From the NCBI GenBank assembly GCA_963678315.1, contig OY782781.1, positions 2,144,001 to 2,208,000 of the forward strand: a DNA stretch of 64,000 nucleotides, in the 5' to 3' direction. The stretch comes from Candidatus Cloacimonadales bacterium. GTDB lineage: Bacteria; Cloacimonadota; Cloacimonadia; Cloacimonadales; JAFGVF01. A program made the position numbers and the translations under genes. Below, in pieces: positions 9,539-18,562 of this stretch. Position 1 is the stretch's first letter; each line of letters begins with the position of its first letter. The notes beneath the pieces are model-generated. The model saw only the letters and a program-made list of their open reading frames with translations. It was not told where the DNA came from and made no database searches.

Positions 9539-10690
9539 TTATTTGAAAGCTTCCATACCTGAGAAGTCTCTGTATAAGCTGAAGCTTTGTAGTATCTTTT
9601 CATCATCAGCTGTAGTCTTGTTCATAGCGATTCTAGCTAGAAGTTCACCTAAACCAGGTCCTAACATGAAACCTTGTCCGCACATACCGACAGCATTAAT
9701 ATAGTTTTTAATTTCTTTGGTTCTGCCAACAATTGGGAAACCATCAGGAGTCATAGGATATTGTCCTCTCCAAGTTCTTCTTAGTTTTAAGAATTTAAGT
9801 CTTGGGTAAATGCCTAACATTCTTTTTGTTACAAGTGGCAAGAATTCTGAAGTTGATAGATTATTCACTCCCACTATTGGAGGATCTGGTGTAATACAGA
9901 AGACTACTTGTCCTTCATGGTTTTGGTAGAAGTAATAATTTGCAGAACCTGGAGCTTTACGCATGTCAATAACCATAGGTTCAAAGAATCTTTGAACAGG
10001 TTCAGTAATGCCAGCTTCATGATTATCAGGGAAAACAGGAAGATCTAAGTCAATCATTTGACCAAGTTCTCTGGCATTGTTACCTGAAGCATTAATTAAC
10101 TCATCACATTCATAAGCATCTTTATCGGTAGTGACTTGTTTGATTAAATTACCTTCTCTCACAATATCAATTACTTTCTCATTAAAATGGAATTCAGCAC
10201 CATTCTCTTCTGCTTTGAAATGGAAAGCAGACATAGCTAAAAGAGGAGAACACGATCCATCTTCCGGACTAAAAGTAGAACCTTTAAGTCCATCCATATT
10301 GATACCAGGAACAAGTTCATTATATCTTTCAGGGCTTACCCATTCGATATTTAATCCCATTTCTTGAAGAGATTTAACCATGTTTTGAAGTTTTTCAGCA
10401 TCTTGGTCATTCCATGCAGGATATGAGTATCCATTGGATCTCCAACCTATATCAAAGTTGTGTTTTTCTTTCCAAGTAGAAAAAATCTCAATTGAACGCT
10501 GACAAACAGATAGTTTACCATAATCTGAATGAGTAGCTCTTACGCCACCAATAGCTTTTTTATTATTAGCTTGTCCTGGACCAGACATTTCATCTAAAAC
10601 TAGAACCTTCTTACCTTCTTCAGCTAAAAACATAGCAGTAGGAACACCCACTGAACCAGCACCAATTATAATTACATCATATCTTTTCAT
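9539..10690 (-). CDS. FAD-dependent oxidoreductase (DAO family; sarcosine oxidase beta / L-proline dehydrogenase beta-like)
   Basis: DVIIIGAGSVG FAD motif, YPMTPDGFPIVG, GMCGQGFMLGPG; probable start MKRYDV at 10690. Confidence 0.85.
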   Translation of the reverse strand: MKRYDVIIIGAGSVGVPTAMFLAEEGKKVLVLDEMSGPGQANNKKAIGGVRATHSDYGKLSVCQRSIEIFSTWKEKHNFDIGWRSNGYSYPAWNDQDAEKLQNMVKSLQEMGLNIEWVSPERYNELVPGINMDGLKGSTFSPEDGSCSPLLAMSAFHFKAEENGAEFHFNEKVIDIVREGNLIKQVTTDKDAYECDELINASGNNARELGQMIDLDLPVFPDNHEAGITEPVQRFFEPMVIDMRKAPGSANYYFYQNHEGQVVFCITPDPPIVGVNNLSTSEFLPLVTKRMLGIYPRLKFLKLRRTWRGQYPMTPDGFPIVGRTKEIKNYINAVGMCGQGFMLGPGLGELLARIAMNKTTADDEKILQSFSLYRDFSGMEAFK

Positions 10691-10694
10691 AATG

Positions 10695-12770
10695 CTACTC
10701 CTTGTCCTTTCCGGCTGCAAATACTTCTAGTTGTGCTTCAACGAAAACAGGTCTTTTAGTATTTGGTACAACATGGTCAGTTGGAACACCCTCTTGACGC
10801 ATGATTTGTTTAATCATAACTTCACAAGTTTTTGCACCACAAGGGCCCATTCCTGCTCTGGTGATAGCTTTCAATTGATTAAGGTCATATATTCCTTTCT
10901 TGATAAGATCACGAACTTCTTTGACAGTTACCCTTTCACATAAACAAACCATTCCTTCATCAGATAGGTCTTCAACTATGGCATTGTCTAGAGCTTTGGT
11001 TATCTCTAAATCTTGTATTCTAAAAGAAGCTACCTTTTTAGCAATCTCTCTATTGGCTTGAACTTTAATTAATTGAGTTCTTTGTTTTGCAAAAGATTGA
11101 ACTTTTACTACTGGGAATTGACCAAACTCATTACCGTTAATGTCATTTAATTTAACTAAAGCACCTTCTTTAATTTCTATGTTTCCTACTTCATAAGGAA
11201 GAGTGATAATAGGTTTTTCTTTATCCTTACGGTAATCAACAAGTGTTATTGCTAGACCTGGACAGATAAGAACGCACTTTCCACAGCCAATACAGTCACT
11301 AGTATATCTTGGAGTTCCCATAATACCATCACCGTCTATCTTGATAGCGTTAACTGGACAAACAGTTGTACATGGGTTACATGGGATTTCTTGTAAACAA
11401 TGAATTACAGGGAATATTCCTTCTTCTATATCAGGAGTGTTATAATCTTTGATTTTGCCAGGATGTGATTTTAAAATATTAGCTTTATCATACCAGTCCT
11501 GAGGAACATCATCAACATTAGCTCCCATAATCTTACATATCTTCAAACCAGCAATTTTACCATTAAACATTGCAGAAGAAGCTTCAGCTATTTCAAGAGC
11601 ATCTCCAGCTGCCATAACAGGTAGACCTGCTTCCTGAGCTTCTTGAGTAAACTCACTTAAAGAATCTAAACCAACAGCCATAAGAATAGTATCACACTCG
11701 AAACTCTTTTCAGTACCCTTGATAGCTTGGAATTTATCATCAACTTCTATTATAGTAATCCCTTCAACAGTCTCATCACCATTAGCACTTGCAATACTAT
11801 GAGAAGTGTAAATAGGAACACCTAATCTCTTTAGTTTATCAGCATGAACCTTATAACCACCGCATTGTTTTGCAGCTTCAACAAGTCCAACAACATTGAT
11901 GCCAGCCTGTAAAGCATGGTAACCTGCAATTAGTCCAACATTACCACCACCAACAATAAATAACTTTTCGGTAGGTTTAACAAAATCTCTGTTAACTAAA
12001 GTCTGAAAAGCACCTGCACCATAAATACCAGCTAAAGTATTACCATTGAAACGTAAGAACTTCTCTCTAGCTCCAGCTGCATTTAACACAAATTTAGGAC
12101 TAACTAATTTATAAACGCCATCCTTTAAAATACCAACCTTCTTATCGCTAAATACATATAATACTGTGGAATTTACCCATACCTCAATAGAATCCATTGC
12201 CATAACTTCATCAGCTAGGATTTGTCCAATATCATTTCCTCTAGTACCAGCTCTTGAATCAGCTTGTGAACCGAAGAATTTATGGGTTTGTAAAACTAAT
12301 TTACCACCTAATTTATCTTTATCATCAATGATTAATGCCTTGATACCCTCTTTGCCCATTTCTATTCCAGCAGAAAGACCAGCAGGTCCACCACCGATAA
12401 TTAAGACATCAGTTGTTAATTCTTCAATATTAGCTACACTTATAGTATCATCTGTTTCAGGTAAGCTAGGTAAGCCTTCTGCACTTTCAACAATCATGTT
12501 TTCCTTAACAGGTGTCATACATGATTTAACAGGTATACCGTTAGCTATTACTGTACATTTTGCACATTGTCCATTTGCACAGAATATACCTTGAGCAGTA
12601 TTGTCTACATGATGATGACCAAAAGCTTTTACTCCATTTGCCATTAAGGCTGAAGCAATCATTTCTCCCTTACGAGCTTTAAATAATTGTTTGTTCCAAT
12701 AAAAATTGATGTACTCATTAGTTTCCGGAACATCTAGGACCGGATGTTTTTTTATACGTTTTTCCATCAT
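10695..12770 (-). CDS. Sarcosine oxidase alpha / proline dehydrogenase alpha-like flavoprotein with fused 2Fe-2S, 4Fe-4S and BFD-like domains
   Basis: FCANGQCAKC, IIGGGPAG, PCNPCTTVCP/CIGCGKCVLICP, VCLCERV...GMGPCGAKTC; RBS GGAG before MMEKRI at 12770. Confidence 0.85.
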   Translation of the reverse strand: MMEKRIKKHPVLDVPETNEYINFYWNKQLFKARKGEMIASALMANGVKAFGHHHVDNTAQGIFCANGQCAKCTVIANGIPVKSCMTPVKENMIVESAEGLPSLPETDDTISVANIEELTTDVLIIGGGPAGLSAGIEMGKEGIKALIIDDKDKLGGKLVLQTHKFFGSQADSRAGTRGNDIGQILADEVMAMDSIEVWVNSTVLYVFSDKKVGILKDGVYKLVSPKFVLNAAGAREKFLRFNGNTLAGIYGAGAFQTLVNRDFVKPTEKLFIVGGGNVGLIAGYHALQAGINVVGLVEAAKQCGGYKVHADKLKRLGVPIYTSHSIASANGDETVEGITIIEVDDKFQAIKGTEKSFECDTILMAVGLDSLSEFTQEAQEAGLPVMAAGDALEIAEASSAMFNGKIAGLKICKIMGANVDDVPQDWYDKANILKSHPGKIKDYNTPDIEEGIFPVIHCLQEIPCNPCTTVCPVNAIKIDGDGIMGTPRYTSDCIGCGKCVLICPGLAITLVDYRKDKEKPIITLPYEVGNIEIKEGALVKLNDINGNEFGQFPVVKVQSFAKQRTQLIKVQANREIAKKVASFRIQDLEITKALDNAIVEDLSDEGMVCLCERVTVKEVRDLIKKGIYDLNQLKAITRAGMGPCGAKTCEVMIKQIMRQEGVPTDHVVPNTKRPVFVEAQLEVFAAGKDKE

Positions 12771-13100
12771 AGTCTCCCAAATTGGATATATTTTTCCAAA
12801 ATTGTGATTATTTTGAAGAAGTGTCAAGTGGAAAGTAGAAAATTATGATTATAAGTTAACAATCTTTAGGATTCGGAGTCTTGATAAAGTCAAGACTCTT
12901 TGTTTTAGCTTTATTTTTACAAAAATAAATCGATAATAGATTAGTTAAAACTTTAGTCGAAGACGTATTGTAATACTTCGAGTGCTAAAGATTTAGCTAA
13001 GATATGTCGAATCTAAAAATGCTCGACATTTATGTTAACTAGCTTGCTATTTTCAACACCATGCCTTTTGTTAAAAGTCTGAGTCATTTTAATATAACAA

Positions 13101-13456
13101 TTATTTTAGTTTTTCGGATAAGGCAATACGATTCCCTTCCGAATCCTTAAATTCTGCAACATAACCAAACTCGCCTACTGATGTCTTTGGATAGATTCCC
13201 TCTCCACCATTTAAAACAGCCTTCTGTAAAGTCTCATCTATACTATCAGTGTTGAAATAAATAAACACTCCAGATAGTGTAGGCTTATAAACATCTCCTT
13301 TTACTAGAGCACCTGTAATTCCATCCTCCTTTCTATCAAATGGAAAGAAGGCCATCTCTAAACCATCAACATTATCAAGAATGAAGTCATAGCCAAAGAC
13401 TTCTTTATAAAAATGCATGGCTCTTTCTAAATCTAAAACAGGTATTTCAAAGTATC
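13101..13456 (-). pseudogene. VOC/glyoxalase family gene, main 3' portion, interrupted at codons 5-6 by the Mu-like element
   Basis: YFEIPVLDLERAMHFY...AEFKDSEGNRIAL; joins in frame to the 5' piece MNPVGY at 46501-46518. Confidence 0.9.
13452..13456 (+). repeat. Target-site duplication GTATC (left copy)
   Basis: Same pentamer at 46501-46505, directly outside both terminal inverted repeats. Confidence 0.92.
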
Positions 13457-13808
13457 TATAAAGTGACACCCAACTTTTCCATCTGCAATAACGATGTTCT
13501 AATCTTTTAAAGTCTTATTTTTTAGTATCTTGCACCTATTTTACATCGTTTTTTCAAAATTTCCATTTTAAACGCTTTCGAGGTACATTTCTGCCGTTCA
13601 GATTACAGTTTTACAGGAGCTTTGTAGGTGTGGAAATATGGGTGTCATCTCTAAAGCATTATAGATTAGTAGTTTATGGACTATTTTATTTTAGGGTTGA
13701 ACTGAAATCGTTTTTTTTCGTTTTTTCAGGGTGAAAAAGCGATTTCGATGTCTCATTTTAGGTGAAATAGCGTAAAAACGATTTTGAGATTGTGACAGTG
13801 TTATTTCC
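13457..13808 (+). repeat. Left end: TIR plus TGACA-N6/7-TTTCC putative transposase-binding sites
   Basis: Sites at 13464-13480 (+), 13632-13647 (-), 13793-13808 (+). Confidence 0.75.
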
Positions 13809-13883
13809 ATTTTGCAAAAACGATAAAAGTGGTACCTTTTTTTTTCATATTATCACATCAGATTATTTATCATAATATTTCTA

Positions 13884-13913
13884 TTGACATATCGAATACT
13901 AGGGTGCTATATA
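13884..13913 (+). promoter_or_regulatory. Putative sigma-70 promoter of the leftmost element gene
   Basis: TTGACA at 13884, TGCTATAT ~15-17 bp downstream, AAGGAGG RBS before ATG 13941. Confidence 0.45.
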
Positions 13914-13940
13914 TCTAATGTATTCACATAAGGAGGTAAT

Positions 13941-14582
13941 ATGAGTCTACAATCAATTGTTAATGAAATTTATTTACAAGACAGTATCAGAGTTGAAATT
14001 GACTTATGGTTAACAGGTCAGTGGTCTTTACAAAGAAAAAGAAAAAAAGAATCGATTACTTTTAGAAATTTTAAGTATAGAGATCTTTGGCGTGAATCTA
14101 ATTTAAGTATTGATTCATTGAGATCATTGTTATATAAAAACTTAACAAAAGAAGTTAACAATGAAATAAACAAGCCAATCATCGAAGAGGCTAGTGAATA
14201 CTTAAAAAGTATTTATAGTAAATATACTGATCAATACATTAGAAATGAAGTTTTATTCCAGATTTTTAAAAACTATTGCTTTGAAGTTAAAATAACACTT
14301 TCTGAAGTTTTGAAATGTTTAACTGATAAGGACTGCAATCTGATTCTTTCAAAATTATCTTTTGGAGAAATTAAGGAAGAAAATCAAACAATCATAATGA
14401 GTTATAACTTGGTTGAGAATAATGAAATTGTTGATGAGCATATATTCACTATCGGTAAACATATATTTACATTGCTTAAAGATAAGTGCAATAAAATTAC
14501 ATTTGATGAATTAGAAAATGAAGACCCTAACGAAGATACTTTAAAGAGATCAGAAAAATTTTCATGTCATAATGATTATTAA
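13941..14582 (+). CDS. Hypothetical protein (moron-like, own promoter)
   Basis: 213-aa ORF with strong RBS; no motif recognised. Confidence 0.65.
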   Translation: MSLQSIVNEIYLQDSIRVEIDLWLTGQWSLQRKRKKESITFRNFKYRDLWRESNLSIDSLRSLLYKNLTKEVNNEINKPIIEEASEYLKSIYSKYTDQYIRNEVLFQIFKNYCFEVKITLSEVLKCLTDKDCNLILSKLSFGEIKEENQTIIMSYNLVENNEIVDEHIFTIGKHIFTLLKDKCNKITFDELENEDPNEDTLKRSEKFSCHNDY

Positions 14583-14675
14583 AACTAATGATCAAAAAAC
14601 TAAATAACATATCTTAGCTAGGCGTTTAATTCATACAACTAGAGCTCTAGCTAGGATATTGTTACAAAAATATTA

Positions 14676-15404
14676 TTAAATCACCCTAAACAAGAATACC
14701 ATCTCACCTAAGATCCTGAAAGTCTCAAGTTCGTACTCTTCTATTATTATTACATCAAAATCTGGATTTAAAGGTTTCAGGATAACCCTCTTCTTCTCAT
14801 TATCGAATTGTAGCTTTTTAAGTGTCACTCCATCTGGAGTCTGACAAGCACTAATCTTGCCATCAAGACAAGGAATATCCATACTCTCTTTGATTACGAC
14901 TATATCCCCATGCATAATTTTAGGCTCCATACTCCTGCCATTAATTTTGAGAGCAATATACTTATCCTGGCTGTCTGAAAGATATGCTTTAGGTATCTCA
15001 ATATATTTTGATGGAGACTCATCATAACATTCTAATGGTTGACCTGCTGAAATCTCTCCATATATTGGGAGAGTAATATTTCTAGAATCGAATAGATTTA
15101 ACTTATGTTTAAAAACAGAATTATTACCTGTTAACTCTTCAATGTTCTTTTTTTGACCTTCTCCATATAGATTGCCATCAGCATCAGCAACAAACATTCC
15201 ACCTTTGCCAGTTAACAACCAATTTAAGTTCAAACCATAGCATTCATTTATTCTCGCCATGGCAGATGCCGAAGGTTTACTTGCTTTTTTTCTGTTCACC
15301 CAATCAGAAAGATTTCCTGGGGTTACCTCAATAGTTTTAGCAAAATCGGATCGCTTTATGTCTAGTGCATTTACGAACATTAACAGCCTATCTTTTATGT
15401 CCAT
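14676..15404 (-). CDS. CI/LexA-like repressor (HTH plus S24 peptidase)
   Basis: XRE HTH (FAKTIEVTPGNLSDW, NLNWLLTGKG); GEISAG cleavage site, GRSMEP Ser, TLKK Lys; start MDIKDR after AGGAG. Confidence 0.9.
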   Translation of the reverse strand: MDIKDRLLMFVNALDIKRSDFAKTIEVTPGNLSDWVNRKKASKPSASAMARINECYGLNLNWLLTGKGGMFVADADGNLYGEGQKKNIEELTGNNSVFKHKLNLFDSRNITLPIYGEISAGQPLECYDESPSKYIEIPKAYLSDSQDKYIALKINGRSMEPKIMHGDIVVIKESMDIPCLDGKISACQTPDGVTLKKLQFDNEKKRVILKPLNPDFDVIIIEEYELETFRILGEMVFLFRVI

Positions 15405-15429
15405 TTCATCTCCTATGTTAAGCACAACT

Positions 15430-15550
15430 TAATATTCGCATGTGTGCATAGTTATGCGAATGACTGAATTCTTTCCTTGACTTCATTCGCATTTATATTA
15501 TACTAACTTTAAATATACATTCTTTGCAACATTGCGAACAGTGTCAATAA
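15430..15550. promoter_or_regulatory. Divergent promoter/operator region (immunity switch)
   Basis: TTGACT(15477)-N16-TATACT(15499) rightward; TTGACA on the minus strand at 15542-15547; repeated ATTCGCAT/ATGCGAAT motifs. Confidence 0.6.
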
Positions 15551-15567
15551 AAATTTAGGAGGTTCGG

Positions 15568-15810
15568 ATGAGATCACCGTACTATCCAGCTGAAATAAAG
15601 TCAGCTATGTCTCTTAAAAGCATTACTATTAGGGAAATGGCTGAACAGCTTTTGGTCTCCAGGAGAACTATAGAATATTTTATTAATGAAGGTCGTAGAC
15701 TAAGACAAGCACAGGTTTTCTTAGAATTACTACAGCCTGAGCTTCGCGAAATCAGTAAAATCTATCGCAAACACACTAACAAAGATATTATAAGCTCTGA
15801 AAAGAGATAG
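15568..15810 (+). CDS. Ner/Cro-like HTH protein
   Basis: ITIREMAEQLLVSRRTIEYFI HTH; divergent from the repressor, directly before the transposase. Confidence 0.7.
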   Translation: MRSPYYPAEIKSAMSLKSITIREMAEQLLVSRRTIEYFINEGRRLRQAQVFLELLQPELREISKIYRKHTNKDIISSEKR

Positions 15811-15812
15811 TT

Positions 15813-17831
15813 ATGAGATATAGAGAACTATCAATCGAAGAAATACAAAAATTATTTGTATTAAGTAAAGCAGCTGCATATCGAATGACTAAAGCACATG
15901 AATGGGATTTCATCAGCGAGACATTAAAGAAAGGTGGAAGAAAGAAACTATATTTAGTTCCTGCTGATGCAATACCTGAAGAAGAGGAGCTAGCTAGACT
16001 AGTTGAGAACTCTTCCCTACCTGATGATGTAGAGTCAGATTTAGTCGAGTTTGATAATCCAGTAAATGATTTTGTACCACAAATAGTATTTTCACAACAT
16101 GAACTTTTAAGAGCTCAGTTAAAAGCTGAACTCTGTGAGAAAATATTATCTGAATATAAAAGACTAGGTGTTAAAAAGCATGCTGTTGATGAAGTGTTAG
16201 AAGTTTATAACTCAGGACTGTTATTACCAATATTATTCAAACTTGAAGGCTCTAGGACAGCACGTTCTATTCGTATGTGGCTTAAAGACTATGAAGATAA
16301 TGGCAGAGACTATAAAGTTCTGATTCGTTTATCTAAAGCATCAAGTATTAAGAAAGCAACTCTTAAGGAACAGAACTTTTTACTGGGACTATTGTTAGAT
16401 GCTAACAAAGTTAAGATTGGCACAGCTATTAGGAAGTTAAAGCAGTTTAGTAGACTTGGAGCTATTGAATCAGACACAAGTGGAAGAGCTCTTAGACGTT
16501 GGTGTGAAGAGTGGCGAGATAGTAACATACAACAGTGGAATATACTTCGAATGGGAGAAAAATATTCTAAGGACAACTACATATTTAGCCTTACACGTTC
16601 AGATGAACTAAACGTAGGCGATGTATGGGTTGCTGATGGTCATCAACTAGCCTTTGATATTATTGATCCTGATTCAGGAAAGCCTAAACGTATGATGCTT
16701 TTACTATTTTTTGATTGGGCAAGTAGATATCCTGTTGGAGCTTCACTTGCTAATACTGAAGACTCAGAGCATATCTTACTAGCATTAAGAAATGGTATCC
16801 TGCACTGGAATGGCAGACCTAAGTATGTCTATCTTGATAACGGTAGAGCTTTTAAATCTAAACTGTTCCATCAAAAATGGGATGAGCATAATCTTGAAGA
16901 TGAATTCTGTGGAGTATTCCCAAGATTAGATATCAAAGCAGAATTTGCTAAAGCCTATAATGCTAGAGCAAAGGTTGTTGAGAGATTCTTTAGAACATTC
17001 CAAGAAGATTTTGAACGCTCTATGAATACCTTTAGAGGTGCCAGTATAGCAGATAAACCTGCCTTCTTAATGAGAAACGAGAAGTGGATAAAAAAGCTCA
17101 AAAAACGTGAGCCTGTAACTATTGAAGAAGCCAAGAGTATGATGTCATTCTATTTTCAAGAGATGTATGGAAAAACACCCCATGGTGGACTTGCAGGTAA
17201 AACTCCTCTGGAAGTATTTAGAGCTAGTGAAGTACCTGAAGAGAGAAAGATTGAAGACTCTGAACTTAACTTCTTAATGTTGAAGATTGAGCAAAGGAAA
17301 ATTAGAGCCAATGGAGTTCAGCTCTTCAGTATAGTCTATTATCATGATTATCTCATGAACTATGTTGGGCAAAAAGTTTCACTACGCTATGATTTAATGG
17401 ATATGCGATCAGTTTTAGTCTATGATAAAAATGGCAAGATTATATGCCAGGCTTTAGCTAAGAAGAGTGTTCATCCATTTGTTAAACTTGCTGAGAATGA
17501 ACCTTTAGCTAAAAAGCAATGGCTTAAACAACTAGCTCATCAAAGAAGATTAGAGAAAGATGTTAAAGAAAAATCAGCTCTAATCCAAAAGCAAGTTCAA
17601 GAGGCAATTTCAGAGTTTGAACTACCAATTCTTAAAATAACAAACAGTGCTTTTAATGATTCAAGCATGTTAACACATAAAGCTACTTTTAATCCAAGCA
17701 TTGACCTTGATAAAATGGCAGAAAGTACAGCACATATAATTTCAACATCACAACAACTACCTATTAAAACAATAGAAGAACGAGGACTTGAGAATCTCGA
17801 TAAAATGCTTAAACAGATCGGTATAGATTAG
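15813..17831 (+). CDS. MuA-like DDE transposase
   Basis: WVADGH / YLDNGRAF / KVVERFF triad; Mu transposase C-terminal-like region (RKIRANGVQL...VSLRYDLMDM). Confidence 0.92.
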   Translation: MRYRELSIEEIQKLFVLSKAAAYRMTKAHEWDFISETLKKGGRKKLYLVPADAIPEEEELARLVENSSLPDDVESDLVEFDNPVNDFVPQIVFSQHELLRAQLKAELCEKILSEYKRLGVKKHAVDEVLEVYNSGLLLPILFKLEGSRTARSIRMWLKDYEDNGRDYKVLIRLSKASSIKKATLKEQNFLLGLLLDANKVKIGTAIRKLKQFSRLGAIESDTSGRALRRWCEEWRDSNIQQWNILRMGEKYSKDNYIFSLTRSDELNVGDVWVADGHQLAFDIIDPDSGKPKRMMLLLFFDWASRYPVGASLANTEDSEHILLALRNGILHWNGRPKYVYLDNGRAFKSKLFHQKWDEHNLEDEFCGVFPRLDIKAEFAKAYNARAKVVERFFRTFQEDFERSMNTFRGASIADKPAFLMRNEKWIKKLKKREPVTIEEAKSMMSFYFQEMYGKTPHGGLAGKTPLEVFRASEVPEERKIEDSELNFLMLKIEQRKIRANGVQLFSIVYYHDYLMNYVGQKVSLRYDLMDMRSVLVYDKNGKIICQALAKKSVHPFVKLAENEPLAKKQWLKQLAHQRRLEKDVKEKSALIQKQVQEAISEFELPILKITNSAFNDSSMLTHKATFNPSIDLDKMAESTAHIISTSQQLPIKTIEERGLENLDKMLKQIGID

Positions 17832-17839
17832 GAGATCAC

Positions 17840-18553
17840 ATGCGAGAATATACCTTAGCAAAAACCAACAACGTAAAAAAAGGCTACGAGCTTTTTGATT
17901 ATCTAATTAACAGACCTAAAACTGAAATGGTTGGTCTTGGACTTATATATGGTCCTCCAGGACTTGGTAAAAGCAGATTTGCACGCCAGACAGCTATTCA
18001 AAACAATTATATATATTTCAGATTAGAAGCTACTATGACAGCTAAAAGCTTTGCTAGTAGGTTACTTGAACGAATATACTTCCATTTTGGAATGCCTAAG
18101 ATTGGTATAAAAGGAAGTGCTAACCTAATTTTTCAAAAATGCTTAGATATTTTGAGAAATATTGATAATACAATCATAATTATAGATGAGATAGATTATG
18201 CCTTTAAAGACAAAAAGGTTTTAGGCAGTATTCGTGATATTGTAGATGAAACATTGTCTATCATTATCCTTGTAGGAATGTCAGATGCTAAAGAGAGTCT
18301 ACTATCAGCTGATGCTCATTACTTTGATAGATGCAACTTCTTCTGCCAGTTTAAACCACTTGATGTTAAGGATTTAACACTTTTATGTAAAGTGGCATGC
18401 GAAGTTGAAGTAGATGATATAGTTATTAAACATATAGCAAAAAGAACTAAAGGTAATATCAGGAAGTTTATAAAATCACTCTACTCTTTAGAAAACTTAG
18501 CTGAAGCTCAAAATCTTACAATTATAAAACCACAACATTTAAGCTCATTGTAG
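17840..18553 (+). CDS. MuB-like AAA+ ATPase
   Basis: Walker A GPPGLGKS, Walker B IIIIDEID, downstream of the transposase. Confidence 0.9.
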   Translation: MREYTLAKTNNVKKGYELFDYLINRPKTEMVGLGLIYGPPGLGKSRFARQTAIQNNYIYFRLEATMTAKSFASRLLERIYFHFGMPKIGIKGSANLIFQKCLDILRNIDNTIIIIDEIDYAFKDKKVLGSIRDIVDETLSIIILVGMSDAKESLLSADAHYFDRCNFFCQFKPLDVKDLTLLCKVACEVEVDDIVIKHIAKRTKGNIRKFIKSLYSLENLAEAQNLTIIKPQHLSSL

Positions 18554-18562
18554 TAGGTAACC

